Source of the DNA: Verrucomicrobiales bacterium
GTDB taxonomy: Bacteria > Verrucomicrobiota > Verrucomicrobiia > Limisphaerales > CAIMTB01
Direction of reading: 5' to 3'
Length of the DNA: 64,000 nucleotides
Assembly (NCBI GenBank): GCA_016795425.1
Contig: JAEUHG010000087.1
Span: 83,410-147,409 of the forward strand
Made by a program: the position numbers and the translations under genes. The notes beneath the pieces were generated by a model that was given only the letters and a program-made list of their open reading frames with translations, ran no database searches and had not been told where the DNA came from. Below, piece after piece: positions 19,599 through 30,289 of this stretch (position 1 is its first letter; each line of letters begins with the position of its first letter).

Positions 19599-22385
19599 AT
19601 GAACCGCAGTCACTTCCAATACCCGCAAGACCAAGCCCGGGCGCGCGCCATGATTCGCGCCGGCTTGATGGCCGCCGGGTTGATCGCCACGACCGCGCAC
19701 GCCCAAGTGCAGAAGGCCGGAGATCTCCTGGTCGATGTCGATGCCACTCAGCTTGCCTTGGGGCCGGTTGCCAGCATCCAGAACAACGGAACCCTGGGAG
19801 GCTTCTTTGAAGCCCGTGGTGGCTCCGACCAGTCGCCCGCGGTCGCCACGGTCGGTGGCACCAAGGGCATGCAGTTCGACGGGAATGATTTCCTTCAAAG
19901 TGTCGACGCCGTCGGTGGCAACGTGGTGTTCGCGCCGGCCGGTCTGGTGGGAGAGAATCCGACCCGGTCGATCGAAGTCTGGGCCCTCAATCCAGCGGTG
20001 GCCTCGGAAGAGACACTGGTATCGTGGGGCAAGCGCGGAGGTGGCGCGGGCAGCAACATGTCCTTCAACTACGGCTCCGATTTTCGCTGGGGCGCTTTGG
20101 GTCAATGGGATTTTCCGGATCTGGGGTGGAATAGCGATGGCGGAAATCCCGAGCCCAACAAATGGCATCACCTGGTCTACACGTTGGATCAGAACGTGAC
20201 CAAGGTGTACATCGACGGGAAGTTGGCCAACGGCGAGGTCCTGCCGCTGGGCGCGATCAATACTCACCCTGACACCTCGATCAATATCGGGGCCCAGATG
20301 GAAGCGGACGGCACCACGGTGACCACCGGCCTGCGGTTCACCGGGGCGATCGCCCGCGTGCGTGTTCACGATGGAGTGCTGAGTGGTGAACAGGTGGCCG
20401 CCAATTACAACCTGGAGAAAGCGGCGTTCATCGATCCGGAACAACCACCGGCGCCGGGTCCGGTGCAGCAGGAGCGATTGGTGGGCGGCCCCACTCATCG
20501 CTACTCCTTCAGCGAAACCGCTGGCGAAAGTCCCGAGGGCACCGAGTTCAAGGATTCCATTGGGACCGCTCACGGCAAAGTCATGGGCAGCGGCGGTTCC
20601 TTCTCGGGCAGTCGGTTGGTGTTGCCCGGAGGTTCGTCCTCGGAATTCGCCTACGGCGACCTGCCCAATGGGCTGATCTCGGTGAACAGCACCAACAAGG
20701 GCGGGCCCGGCGAATTCAGCTTCGAAACCTGGGTCAAGCTCACCGGCGCCCGAACCTGGTCGCGCATCTTCGACTTTGGGTCGAGCGCCAATTCGGACAA
20801 CGGGGATGGCGAGATTCTGGCACCCGGCGGCGGTGGTGAGGGCCTCGATTACCTCGAGTACTCGGCCCAGATCGGCGACGACGTCAATACGCGCCGGTTG
20901 GAGCATCGCAATGAGGATCCCGCGGGCGGGGGCACCGTCACCAGCGATCTCCCCACGCGGACGTTCAATACCGACGTTCATGTGGTGGCCACCTGGAACG
21001 AGAAGACGGGCAGCATCGATCTCTATGAGAACGGCACCCGCATCGGCGGCGTCGTGGTGGACGATCCGATCAGTGACTTGAACGACGTCAACGTCTGGTT
21101 GGGTCGCTCCAACTGGACCGCGGACCAAAACACGCAGGGTGAGTATGATGAGGTGCGGTTCTACAACTCCGCCCTGACACCGGGTGAAGTGCTCGGCAAT
21201 TATCTTGCCGGACCGGACCAACTGAACGACCACGACTTCGCGGTCACCATCGCGAGTCAGCCGGTCGACGCGTCCACCTTGGCGGATCTCTCCGCGACCT
21301 TCAGTGTGGCAGCGCGTGGTTCGACCCCGATCACCTACCAATGGTTGCGCAACGGGGCCCCGATCACGGGTGCCACCAACAGTTCCTACTCCATCGCCAG
21401 CGCTACCGCGGCCGACAACGGCGCGAGCTTCACGGTCGAAGTTTCCAACAGTGTCAACGGAACTCCGGTCAAGGTGACCAGCAATGCCGCACGACTCACG
21501 GTGGCCAGCGAGACGTTGGCGCTCAAGCACCGCTACAGCTTCAACGCCACTTCGGGCACCGAGGTGACCGATTCCGTCAGCGGCAAGAACGGTACCGCCA
21601 TCGGCGGTGCCACTTGGGGCGGTGGCAACCTGACGTTGGACGGAACGGATGGCACCTACGTCGATCTGCCCAACGGCCTCGTTACCGCACTGGGCAACAG
21701 TGCGACCTTCGAAATGTGGATCAACTACGCCGGCGGCGGCTCCTGGAGCCGCATTTTTGACTTCGGCACCAGCACGGGTGGCGAAGACGTCTCCGATGGC
21801 GGAGCCGAGGTGGATGGACTGTTCCTGACCTCGAAGTCGGGCGACGGCATCCCGCGGTTCGAGGTGAACTTCCCGGGCGGCGGGGTCACCACGGCGCCGA
21901 TCCTGCCGGGATCGATTCCGGTCGGAGAGCAAATCCACATCGCCATCACATACAGCTACTCGGCGAACCTGACCCGCATCTACACCAACGGCACCCTGGT
22001 GGCCACCAAGCCGGGCACGGCGTCGAAGCCGCTGTCCGACATGGCGAATCGGGACGTCAACGTCTGGCTCGGCCGGTCGCAGTTCGTCGATCCCTTCTGG
22101 GCCGGGAAATACAACGAGTTCCGTATCTACACGGGCGCCATGTCGCCCGAGCAGGTGGCTGCCAGTTTCGCCGCGGGTCCGGACACCTTGCCGTCTGCTG
22201 ACAAGCCGAACTTCTCCAGCATCAAGGCGAACGCCAATGGCTCCATCACCATCACGTGGACCGGTGGCGGCACGCTCCAAGCCGCGCCGGCCGTGACCGG
22301 ACCGTGGCAGGACGTGGCGGGTGCGACCTCGCCCTACACCTTCACTCCGACGGCGCAGATGCTCTTCGGTCGCCTGAAGCAGTAG
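19599..22385 (+). CDS. Secreted multi-LamG (concanavalin-like) and Ig-domain protein
   Basis: Signal MIRAGLMAAGLIATTAHAQ. Three LamG-like units each carry the recurring pair WHHLVYT..VYIDG / VHVVATW..LYENG / IHIAITY..IYTNG followed by NVWLGRS...(Y)xE(V/F)R(F/I)Y. Ig-like units include ITYQWLRNGAPITGATNSSYSIASATAADNGASFTVEVSN. Confidence 0.8.
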   Translation: MNRSHFQYPQDQARARAMIRAGLMAAGLIATTAHAQVQKAGDLLVDVDATQLALGPVASIQNNGTLGGFFEARGGSDQSPAVATVGGTKGMQFDGNDFLQSVDAVGGNVVFAPAGLVGENPTRSIEVWALNPAVASEETLVSWGKRGGGAGSNMSFNYGSDFRWGALGQWDFPDLGWNSDGGNPEPNKWHHLVYTLDQNVTKVYIDGKLANGEVLPLGAINTHPDTSINIGAQMEADGTTVTTGLRFTGAIARVRVHDGVLSGEQVAANYNLEKAAFIDPEQPPAPGPVQQERLVGGPTHRYSFSETAGESPEGTEFKDSIGTAHGKVMGSGGSFSGSRLVLPGGSSSEFAYGDLPNGLISVNSTNKGGPGEFSFETWVKLTGARTWSRIFDFGSSANSDNGDGEILAPGGGGEGLDYLEYSAQIGDDVNTRRLEHRNEDPAGGGTVTSDLPTRTFNTDVHVVATWNEKTGSIDLYENGTRIGGVVVDDPISDLNDVNVWLGRSNWTADQNTQGEYDEVRFYNSALTPGEVLGNYLAGPDQLNDHDFAVTIASQPVDASTLADLSATFSVAARGSTPITYQWLRNGAPITGATNSSYSIASATAADNGASFTVEVSNSVNGTPVKVTSNAARLTVASETLALKHRYSFNATSGTEVTDSVSGKNGTAIGGATWGGGNLTLDGTDGTYVDLPNGLVTALGNSATFEMWINYAGGGSWSRIFDFGTSTGGEDVSDGGAEVDGLFLTSKSGDGIPRFEVNFPGGGVTTAPILPGSIPVGEQIHIAITYSYSANLTRIYTNGTLVATKPGTASKPLSDMANRDVNVWLGRSQFVDPFWAGKYNEFRIYTGAMSPEQVAASFAAGPDTLPSADKPNFSSIKANANGSITITWTGGGTLQAAPAVTGPWQDVAGATSPYTFTPTAQMLFGRLKQ

Positions 22386-22426
22386 GCGAACCGGAGGCGA
22401 CGCACGCCCCGCGGAATTTGACTCCC

Positions 22427-22458
22427 ACGGGCCGGACGAAAGTCCGGCCCGTTCTTTT
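22427..22458 (+). terminator. Rho-independent terminator after the LamG gene
   Basis: Perfect 11-bp stem acgggccggac / gtccggcccgt with a GAAA loop, followed by tcttttg. Confidence 0.7.
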
Positions 22459-22534
22459 GTGCGCCCGTCCAACTTGCGGGATGCTGGAGCGTTCGGCGTC
22501 GTCGACGGACTGGGATTCGCCGCGCCGGGGAGAC

Positions 22535-25444
22535 CTACCAGACAGGATTTAGAGCTTCCTGGACGGTTCGCAGCAGCACTTCAGAAGTCACTGGTTTCGC
22601 CAGGTAGACAACTTTGTCGCTGGCCTCTTCCATCCGGGCATTCACGAGTGTTTTGTAGCCGCTGGTAAGGATCACCTTCAGGTCGGGGCGCTGTTTCATG
22701 AAGCGTTGCGCAAGTTGAATGCCCGACTCCGTTCCCGGCATCACGACATCGGTCAGGACCAGGGCGATGTCGTTGCCATGGGTCTCCCAAAATTCCTGCG
22801 CGCTGGCCGCGTCCGATGCGGCAAGCACGCGATAGCCGGCTCGGTTCAGAAGCAGGAAAATCACCCTTCGCAAGGTGGGGTCGTCCTCAGCGACGAGAAT
22901 CGTGGCCGAGCCACCCAACGGTGAGGCTTCTGTCGATCGCACGCCCGAAGGTCGGTCGATCCCCTCATCCACGGGAAGGTACACGCGAAAGCAACTGCCG
23001 CGTCCGAGTTCGCTCTCCACCTCGATCCACCCCCGGTGTTGGTGGACGATTCCCTGGACAGTGGCCAAGCCCAAACCCGTGCCTTGCCCGACTTCCTTGG
23101 TGGTAAAGAAGGGCTCGAAGAGGTGTCCTCGGGTCCTGCTGTCCATCCCGCACCCGTGGTCCGCCACCGATAGGCAGGCAAAACGACCCGTTCGCGTCCC
23201 GGGAGGCGTTGAAGATGGGTCAGGTTTCAGGTCGATAGCCTCAATGCCCAAGCGAACCAGGCCGCGGGCCTGCATCGCCTCCCCGGCGTTTTCGCATAGA
23301 TTCCGTAGCACCTGTTCGAGCAGAAGGAGATCGCCCATGATCCAGAGCGGGTATTTGGATCCCACCCATTCCACTCGAACGCGATCCCCCACGGATCTTT
23401 GAAGGAGCGGCATCTGTCGGGCCAGGAATTCATTCAGCTCGATGCGTTGGGAGTGCAAGGCGGACTTCTGGCTGAACGCCAGGAGTTGTTTGATCAAACC
23501 GCCGGCACGAACGCAGCTCTTTTGCAGTTCCGCCAGCGTTTCCGCCAGACTTGCGGGAGAATCATCCTCCTGGGCCAGGCCGATATTGATCAGCATGGCG
23601 GCGAGGATGTTGTTGAACTCATGCGCCATGCCGCCGGCGAGGTGACCGATCGCGGTCATTTTTTGGGACTCACGCTGCGCGGCCTCCAGGGCCTTCTGTT
23701 CCGTGATATCGGTGACCACCGCGTCCCACAGCACATCACCGTCGGCCTGCGCTCTCGGGTGACCCACGAAACGCAGCCACCGGGTCTGTTCCGCCACGTT
23801 GAAGCGACCTTCCCATTTATAGGGTTGGTGGGAGGCGATGCAGCGACGGGTCTCTTCGGCGGCCTTCGCCGCGTCTTCCGGCCAGGCGTGGCGTAACCAG
23901 AGCGTCGCATCCTTGTACAGTTCATCGAGCTCGATCCCGATCAGTTGGGCCGTTCGGGGGCTAACGAAATCGAAACCATAGGTGCCGTCCGGGTGGAGTC
24001 GGACCAATTGAACACCGGAGGGGATATGGCGGACGAGGTCGTCGTAGCGCTCCTTGGCCTCACGGAGCGCTCGTTCCATCGCCTTCGCCTGGGTGATGTC
24101 GGTATGGGCCGACATCCAGACGTCTCCATGTTCCGAGTGCCTGAAGCGGGACACGGACGCGTGACAAAGGATGGAGGTTCCATCCTTTCGTTGGTTGGCG
24201 ATGTCACCGTCCCAGCATCCGTTCTTTTGAAGTTCGGCGAAGATCCGGGACGCCATTTCCTCGCGGGACAGCTCGCCCGGGGTGTTGACGATGGAGACGG
24301 GTTGGCCAACGAGTTCTCCTGCGGCATATCCCAACATCCGGTCGAACTTCGCGTTGGTGTAAAGGATTGTGCCGTCCCGTTCACTCACCAGCACCACTCC
24401 TTCTCCCATGTGGACCAGCATCTCGCTCTGGAGCCGGAACTGCGCGTCAGCCCGCCGAATCTCGTCGACATCTTTCAGCAACCAGATCGAACCACCATCC
24501 GGGTCTGCCGGATTGACGGCCTTGCCGGTGATCTGACACCAGAAGGCCTCTCCGTTCTTCTTCCTTAGCCGGACCTGGCTGGTGAAGGGTTCGCCGCGCC
24601 TCAGCGTTTCATAGACCTCAATTCCCAATTGTTCGTAATCACCGTCAACGGCATAGAGGGCCTTTGTCGACAAACCTCGGGACTCCTCTTCGCCATACCC
24701 GAGCAGCGTCTGGTGAGCGGGATTGGTCCAAACCACTCGGCGATGGCGCACCAGCCCGATGCCGAGCGGCGAGCTGTTGAGAATGGTCCGCTGTTGTGCG
24801 GTCAGTTCTTCGAGGATGGACTTTAATTGTTCGGCAGACTGGGCGGAGGCCTGCGCCTTTTCGTGGGCGAGTCGCTGCTCCGTCACATCGATGCAGGATC
24901 CGATATACCCCGCAAAGGAACCGTCAGGCAGGTGGCGCGGAACCCCGTGATCGAGAATCCAGCGGTAGACCCCGTCGTGTCGGCGCAGGCGATACTCGAT
25001 TCGGAAAGGAAGGCGGGCCTCGAAGTGACGGACATACGTCTGCAGGCAACGATCGATGTCCTCGGGATGCACTCCGTCCGTCCATCCATTTCCGAGCTCC
25101 TGCTCCATCGACCGCCCGGTGAAGGCCAGCCATGGGTCGTTGAAGAAGTCGCAGAGCTTGTCGGTGCCCGAAGTCCAGATCAATACGGGCGCCGCGTTGG
25201 CCAACAGAGCGAAGCGCCGGTCGGTTTCCTTCGTCGACAGGTCCGCCAACTGCCGCTCCGTGACATCCAGCGTGGAATACGCGTCAGGGTTCGCCAAGGG
25301 CGTCGCAGAGGTTTCACCCATACCCGGCGTTTCGTCCCTTGGTTGAGGCGATTCGCTGCCGCGATGGTTTTCCATAAACGCGCCTTTCCGAACCCGACCC
25401 TCACAGTGCGGCAGGTCAAGGGAACCCAAGGTTCTGTGGGGCAA
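22535..25444 (-). CDS. Multi-PAS hybrid sensor histidine kinase with C-terminal receiver domain
   Basis: Several PAS/PAC units (e.g. YRWILDHGVP, EAFWCQITGKAV). H-box AIGHLAGGMAHEFNNIL, G-boxes DHGCGM and GTGLGLATV, receiver ILVAEDDPTLRR...DVVMPG...KP. The start is uncertain; ATG 25375 (MENHRG) is also possible. Confidence 0.9.
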   Translation of the reverse strand: MPHRTLGSLDLPHCEGRVRKGAFMENHRGSESPQPRDETPGMGETSATPLANPDAYSTLDVTERQLADLSTKETDRRFALLANAAPVLIWTSGTDKLCDFFNDPWLAFTGRSMEQELGNGWTDGVHPEDIDRCLQTYVRHFEARLPFRIEYRLRRHDGVYRWILDHGVPRHLPDGSFAGYIGSCIDVTEQRLAHEKAQASAQSAEQLKSILEELTAQQRTILNSSPLGIGLVRHRRVVWTNPAHQTLLGYGEEESRGLSTKALYAVDGDYEQLGIEVYETLRRGEPFTSQVRLRKKNGEAFWCQITGKAVNPADPDGGSIWLLKDVDEIRRADAQFRLQSEMLVHMGEGVVLVSERDGTILYTNAKFDRMLGYAAGELVGQPVSIVNTPGELSREEMASRIFAELQKNGCWDGDIANQRKDGTSILCHASVSRFRHSEHGDVWMSAHTDITQAKAMERALREAKERYDDLVRHIPSGVQLVRLHPDGTYGFDFVSPRTAQLIGIELDELYKDATLWLRHAWPEDAAKAAEETRRCIASHQPYKWEGRFNVAEQTRWLRFVGHPRAQADGDVLWDAVVTDITEQKALEAAQRESQKMTAIGHLAGGMAHEFNNILAAMLINIGLAQEDDSPASLAETLAELQKSCVRAGGLIKQLLAFSQKSALHSQRIELNEFLARQMPLLQRSVGDRVRVEWVGSKYPLWIMGDLLLLEQVLRNLCENAGEAMQARGLVRLGIEAIDLKPDPSSTPPGTRTGRFACLSVADHGCGMDSRTRGHLFEPFFTTKEVGQGTGLGLATVQGIVHQHRGWIEVESELGRGSCFRVYLPVDEGIDRPSGVRSTEASPLGGSATILVAEDDPTLRRVIFLLLNRAGYRVLAASDAASAQEFWETHGNDIALVLTDVVMPGTESGIQLAQRFMKQRPDLKVILTSGYKTLVNARMEEASDKVVYLAKPVTSEVLLRTVQEALNPVW

Positions 25445-25596
25445 ATTGAGTATGGGGCTGACCCATGTCGACGGATTTGTGGCGGCGGTTCCGACGGTAC
25501 ATGAACGTGGAATGCGCCTGATTGAGCCGACCTGTCCTCTCCTCTCCGTCCTTCGGTAGATGCCAGTGCCCGCAGGGCAGGCGAGGGCACCGACGT

Positions 25597-26922
25597 TCAG
25601 CGTCTCTGGCGCAGGCGTTCGTCGATCGCCTTGGCCTTTGCATGGGCGGGATCAATCCGCAGGGCGGCATCCGCGTGGGTGCGTGCTTCGTCGAGGCGTC
25701 CGAGTTTGAGGCATTCTTCGGCCATGGCAGCGTGGGAACCCGTGTCGCCGGGCTGACAACGGACGGCGTTGGCGTAACTGGCGAGTGCGGCTTCACCATG
25801 GCCGAGTCTGGATTGGGCCAATCCGAGATTGGCGTGGGCCTGGGCGAAATCGGGCTTGAGCGTCAGCGCCTTCTCCAGGATCTGCGAGGCGTCTTGCCAT
25901 CGTTGTTGGCAAAGCAGGGCGAGTGAAAGTTGGATCAGTCCGTTGAGCGATTGGGGTTGGCGGTCCAGATGTTCGCGGAATCGGGACTCGGCCTCTACGC
26001 ATTGTCTTTGGAGCAGGGAAGATCGGCCGGCGAGGAGGAGCGCCTCGGGATCGTTGGGATTCTGTTCCAGCAGGCGTGCGATGATCGGATCCGCCTCGCT
26101 GAAGCGCTTCTGGGCCAGCAGGGCATTCGCGCGATCCGCCAGTCCGGTCCGGTCGGCCCGCAACGACTGCACCTCCATCAGAAACGCATCGGGCCAGTCA
26201 AAGGGCTTGGGCATCGACGCGGCACGACGGGAGAGTTCGGCAGCGGCCTCGGCTTTTCCTTCGCGCGCGCGGCCTTGGCTGAGAAGCAGGAGGGCGGGGC
26301 GCGCGGTGAAGACATTGGTCAGGCAAGGAACGAGAATCGTCGCCAGTTCCTCGGCCCTTCCCTGGGCCAGACGGATCCGGCCCAACTCCAGACACGCGGC
26401 GGGATGATCGGGACGTTGGGAAAGCAGCGCCTGGATTTCTCGCTCCGCCTCGGGGTACCGGGCGCGCTCCACCAGGGCCTGGACGAGGCGAAGGCGCGGG
26501 GCGTCGTTGGTGGAGCCGGCGAGTGCCGCCGCGCGTTCCATCTGAATCAACGCCAGGTCCGGTTGGTCCTGCAGCAGCAACAAGCCCAGGAGGTGAGGCC
26601 AGCGTGGAGACGTTGGATCCATCGAGGCGGCGCGCTGGTAGCACGCAATGGCGTCAGAATGAAACTCGGCCGCGTTCAGGACCTGGGCGAATCGTCCCCA
26701 GGGTTCGGCGGAATTCGGCGCCGCCACCAGGTTGGAGCGGCATTCGCGAAGGCGCGTGGCGAGGGCCGGATCCAGGGTGTCGGTCGCCACGTTGGGAATC
26801 TCGGGAGGGCGACTGCAGGACAGGGGAAGCAGCGCCGCCAGCAGCAACCATCCGTAGTGCCGGACGAAGGCGCTGAGGAACTCGCCCCGGTCGTTGAAGA
26901 ATGGAGACTTGGCCAAGAGCAT
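25597..26922 (-). CDS. TPR-repeat lipoprotein
   Basis: I trim the 556-aa ORF to ATG 26922 (MLLAKSPFF...LLLAALLPLSCS, with a lipobox). About 9 TPR-like units follow (e.g. AIACYQRAASMDPTSPRW, ALASYANAVRCQPGD). The upstream part of the ORF overlaps the CRTAC1 gene. Confidence 0.8.
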   Translation of the reverse strand: MLLAKSPFFNDRGEFLSAFVRHYGWLLLAALLPLSCSRPPEIPNVATDTLDPALATRLRECRSNLVAAPNSAEPWGRFAQVLNAAEFHSDAIACYQRAASMDPTSPRWPHLLGLLLLQDQPDLALIQMERAAALAGSTNDAPRLRLVQALVERARYPEAEREIQALLSQRPDHPAACLELGRIRLAQGRAEELATILVPCLTNVFTARPALLLLSQGRAREGKAEAAAELSRRAASMPKPFDWPDAFLMEVQSLRADRTGLADRANALLAQKRFSEADPIIARLLEQNPNDPEALLLAGRSSLLQRQCVEAESRFREHLDRQPQSLNGLIQLSLALLCQQRWQDASQILEKALTLKPDFAQAHANLGLAQSRLGHGEAALASYANAVRCQPGDTGSHAAMAEECLKLGRLDEARTHADAALRIDPAHAKAKAIDERLRQRR

Positions 26923-26984
26923 GAAGAGAGTCGGCCGCGCGACCGTGCGGCCGGAGACGTGATCCAGATTGTCCCGAGGTCTGA

Positions 26985-28742
26985 TCACGGTACGGGCGTT
27001 CCGGTGCCGTGCAGCAGCACCAATGTCTGATTGGCCGACCGCCCGGCGAACGTTTCCGCGCTTCCGTCCGGCCAACGGACCTCGACGGAATCGATCTCGG
27101 CGGTCGAACCGAGGCCGAAGTGGAGCGCGGGATCGTGGCTGACGAGGTAGCTGGTGGCGGGTTGGACCAGTGCCCAGCGGAGTTGGCCTCCCGCTTTGAC
27201 GCGGATTTCGGCGCCGATGGCGTCGCGTCGACCGAAGTTCGGCTCCAGGGCCCGAACCCTGATCCAATTTCCGCGTCTCGGCGCGACGTTACGCAGCAGG
27301 CGCAAAGGTCCGGCGATCGACCCGATCACCAGGTCGGGGGCCCCGTCCCGGTTGAGGTCACCGACCGCGAGGCTGCGTCCGACACTGGCCTCGGAACTCA
27401 GGACGTGCTGGGACGGGGAGACATCGCGAAAGCGTGCCCCGCCTTCGTTGACGAATAGTTGAGATCGCTGCGCGTACCGTCCCCACCAGGGATCGACACC
27501 CGCCGCCACGGGCTTTTGTCCGGGAACCGCGAGCCGGACTAATCCGTTGACGAACGCCAGGTCGGCGTGGCCGTCGGCGTCGAAATCGGCATGGACGGCT
27601 CCAAATCCGGTACCGCGCCAGGCTTGTTGCTGCAATCCCGCCTGGGCGACGATGTCGGTGAAGAGACCAGGTTGGTCCTGTCGATAGAGCGCATGGAATT
27701 CCTCGGCGAGGTGCGTCACAAAGAGATCGCCGAGACCGTCGTGGTCGAAGTCGGCATAGACCACGCCCATGTTGGCGGCGGTGCGTCCCATCGCATTCAG
27801 CGCCAGACCTCGCTGGGCCGCTTCATCGACGAACGTTCCGTCCTTGCGATTGATGAGGAGTCGATTGGCGCGGCCGTCGTCGGCGCAGAAGATGTCCGGC
27901 CAATGGTCGCCGTTGAAATCGGCGCAGACCAAACCCAGCGCGGCACCGGGGACCCTGGCGAGTCCTGAGGCCTCGGTGCGGTCTTCGAACCGGGGCGGGG
28001 CGCCGGGTGTGCCGGTGATATTCCGCCAAATCCTCGAAGCCGTGGAATTGAAGACTTTCGGTGCGCAAAAATCCTGACGGCCATGAACGTCGTGACAGAC
28101 TTGGGTCGGGTCGTAGTCGAGGTAATTGCCGACCACCAGGTCGAGCCATCCGTCGCGATCGAAGTCGATGAAACTGGCGGGTGCCGCCCAGCGTGGATTG
28201 TCGATACCGGCGGCCTGAGTCACTTCCTCGAAACGGCCGTCGCCCTGATTGCGAAACAACCGGGTGCCGCCGTACTCGGTCAAGACGAGGTCGGGGAGTC
28301 CATCATTATTGACATCGCCGGCGATGGCTCCCATGCCAGCCGTGGCGAGGTCCAGGCCGGAACCAGTGGAGGCGTTGCGGAAGGTGCCGTCGGCGTTTTG
28401 TCGGTAGAGCTGATGTTTGGCTTGCGGTGGTGACGGGTGGTTTTGAACGAGGAACAGGTCCAGTCGGTCGTCGAGGTCGCAATCAAACAGCACCACGCCG
28501 GAGCCGATCTGGTCAGGCATGAAATAGTTCGTGCCAGTCGCGTGCACGAATTGGACGCCCGACCGTCCGGTGATGTCCTCGAACCAATCGGTGCTTCCGT
28601 GGAGACGGGGATCCGACGCGGTCGCGGAGGGCGATGGGACGGATGCGGAGGGTCCGCACCCGCAGGTCATCAGCGCGAGGCACAGCGCGACAGGGATCTG
28701 CGGCCTCCAGCAGTCCATGAACCGTTGGAGCGTCGCACTCAT
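26985..28742 (-). CDS. CRTAC1-family protein (FG-GAP/VCBS repeats plus ASPIC/UnbV C-terminal domain)
   Basis: Repeated Ca-binding-like loops FDCDLDDRLDLF, GDVNNDGLPDLV, IDFDRDGWLDLV, ADFNGDHWPDIF, ADFDHDGLGDLF, ADFDADGHADL, GDLNRDGAPDLV. C-terminus GRRDAIGAEIRV...SYLVSHDPALHFGLG. Start ATG 28742 overlaps the halogenase stop (ATGA). Confidence 0.85.
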   Translation of the reverse strand: MSATLQRFMDCWRPQIPVALCLALMTCGCGPSASVPSPSATASDPRLHGSTDWFEDITGRSGVQFVHATGTNYFMPDQIGSGVVLFDCDLDDRLDLFLVQNHPSPPQAKHQLYRQNADGTFRNASTGSGLDLATAGMGAIAGDVNNDGLPDLVLTEYGGTRLFRNQGDGRFEEVTQAAGIDNPRWAAPASFIDFDRDGWLDLVVGNYLDYDPTQVCHDVHGRQDFCAPKVFNSTASRIWRNITGTPGAPPRFEDRTEASGLARVPGAALGLVCADFNGDHWPDIFCADDGRANRLLINRKDGTFVDEAAQRGLALNAMGRTAANMGVVYADFDHDGLGDLFVTHLAEEFHALYRQDQPGLFTDIVAQAGLQQQAWRGTGFGAVHADFDADGHADLAFVNGLVRLAVPGQKPVAAGVDPWWGRYAQRSQLFVNEGGARFRDVSPSQHVLSSEASVGRSLAVGDLNRDGAPDLVIGSIAGPLRLLRNVAPRRGNWIRVRALEPNFGRRDAIGAEIRVKAGGQLRWALVQPATSYLVSHDPALHFGLGSTAEIDSVEVRWPDGSAETFAGRSANQTLVLLHGTGTPVP

Positions 28743-30223
28743 GCCCACTGGATGCCGGATTGCCGGACCGACGCCAGGCATTGCTTAACGTCCAGGCCCC
28801 GCTGTGCGTCGGACTCCCAGCGGGTGCAACGCTCCTTCCAGAATTTGTCCTCGGCCGGTTTGGGTTGGTACCGCTTGCCGTGGTCGACTTTTTGTCCGGT
28901 AAGCAGAGTGAGATAGCCGTCCATGCCAAAGGAATTGGACGGGTGCAGCAACTGGGCGCCCGCGACGATGGAGGGTCCGTTCTCCAGATAGAAATCGACG
29001 AGCGCCTGGGCCCCGTGCAGTTGGGTGTCGTGGAGGCAGGCCTGCCAGAAGGGCGTGTCGCGCCGGGTGTTGAACCGGTAATGGATGGCCAGGAAATCCC
29101 GGATATCATCCCAGGCCTGGGCGTTGAAATGATTGTACAAGGTTTTGAGGGTCGGCGTGGGCTCTTGAAGACTGTCCAACAGGGCATCGGCGAGCGTGCT
29201 GGTTTGCACGCAGATGATTTGCAGCGCGGTGGCTTCGAGCGGTTCGACAAAGCCGACGGAGTTGCCGATGCCGACGACATTGCCGACCCAGTTGCGCGCG
29301 TAACGCCCGCTGCGGAACTTCACGACGCGCGGTTCATTGGCGACCTTGGGATTGGCGCGCAGGAACTCGTCGCGGGCCGCGTCGTCGGTGCAGAACGCCG
29401 ATGCGTACACGTAACCGCGGTTGATCCAATTCTCGTGCTCGATCTGCCAGCACCAGCCCGCGTCCATGGTTTCGGCGACGGTGTAGGGTTTGATGGGTTC
29501 GGTGGTGCGCGGCCAGCCGCCGATGATGGCGCGATCGCAGAAGAGCGCGTCGGCGTAGCCGTTGAACGGCTCCTTCAGCACGCGTCCGAGCAGTTCGGAG
29601 CGGAATCCGGATGCATCGACATAGAGGTCCGCTTCCAGTCGCTGGCCGGTCTCGGTGATCAAGGCGGCGATGCCGGCGTCGCCACGTTCAGCGGTGACGG
29701 TGGCGTCGATGAAAGCGATCTCGTGAACCCGGCAGAGGCCTTCCAGCCATTGAACGAGTTTCTTGTTCTCGACGTGGAACGCATGGCTCTTGTGGAAGAG
29801 TGGCGTGCCGTCGGGTTTGCGCGGGAAGGCGCGATCGTGGGCCATGAAAGCCGAGACGGGTCCCGCCCAATCCCGGTCCTCGTTGAAATAGTAGAATCCG
29901 TGGTTGCGCTGGAGTTCGGGCAGTCGTTGCTCGAGTTCGAGCGCGAAGGTGAAATGAAATTTCGGGCGGGGGCCCCAAAGAAACTGGATGCCGAGTTTCC
30001 AGGTGGGTTCGGCGACCTCATAGAATTGCTTGGGCTTGAGTTTGAGGTATTCGAAGAAGTGCCTCGGAAACGAGGGTGTGGTGCCTTCCCCGACGCCAAT
30101 GACCCCAATGTCGGGACTGCGCACGACGGTGACCTCCAGGTGTGGCACGCGGCGCTTCAAGGTTATGGCCGCCATCAGACCGGCACTGCCGGCGCCCAGG
30201 ATAAGGACCTTTCGGGTGATCAC
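28739..30223 (-). CDS. Flavin-dependent tryptophan-halogenase-family protein
   Basis: VLILGAGSAGLMAA (FAD fold), GVIGVGEGTTPSF, TWKLGIQF (position of the family's conserved Lys), GWCWQIEHE (variant of WxWxIP), VGIGNSVGFVEPLEATAL. Confidence 0.85.
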   Translation of the reverse strand: MITRKVLILGAGSAGLMAAITLKRRVPHLEVTVVRSPDIGVIGVGEGTTPSFPRHFFEYLKLKPKQFYEVAEPTWKLGIQFLWGPRPKFHFTFALELEQRLPELQRNHGFYYFNEDRDWAGPVSAFMAHDRAFPRKPDGTPLFHKSHAFHVENKKLVQWLEGLCRVHEIAFIDATVTAERGDAGIAALITETGQRLEADLYVDASGFRSELLGRVLKEPFNGYADALFCDRAIIGGWPRTTEPIKPYTVAETMDAGWCWQIEHENWINRGYVYASAFCTDDAARDEFLRANPKVANEPRVVKFRSGRYARNWVGNVVGIGNSVGFVEPLEATALQIICVQTSTLADALLDSLQEPTPTLKTLYNHFNAQAWDDIRDFLAIHYRFNTRRDTPFWQACLHDTQLHGAQALVDFYLENGPSIVAGAQLLHPSNSFGMDGYLTLLTGQKVDHGKRYQPKPAEDKFWKERCTRWESDAQRGLDVKQCLASVRQSGIQWA

Positions 30224-30289
30224 CCGCTGAGTCTATCGGATAGGGTCATGGCCCACAATCGGGGGCGCAGCTCCGAATCGTGGGGTCGA

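Noticed and set aside
22427-22458. GAAAGTCCGG string reminiscent of the RNase P RNA conserved region
   Set aside because: It is simply the loop and 3' arm of a perfect terminator hairpin. No other RNase P structure is nearby.
19536-22472. 978-aa minus-strand ORF
   Set aside because: It is antisense to the LamG/Ig protein gene, which has a signal peptide and repeated domain signatures. The antisense translation is Gly/Arg/Asp-rich without structure.
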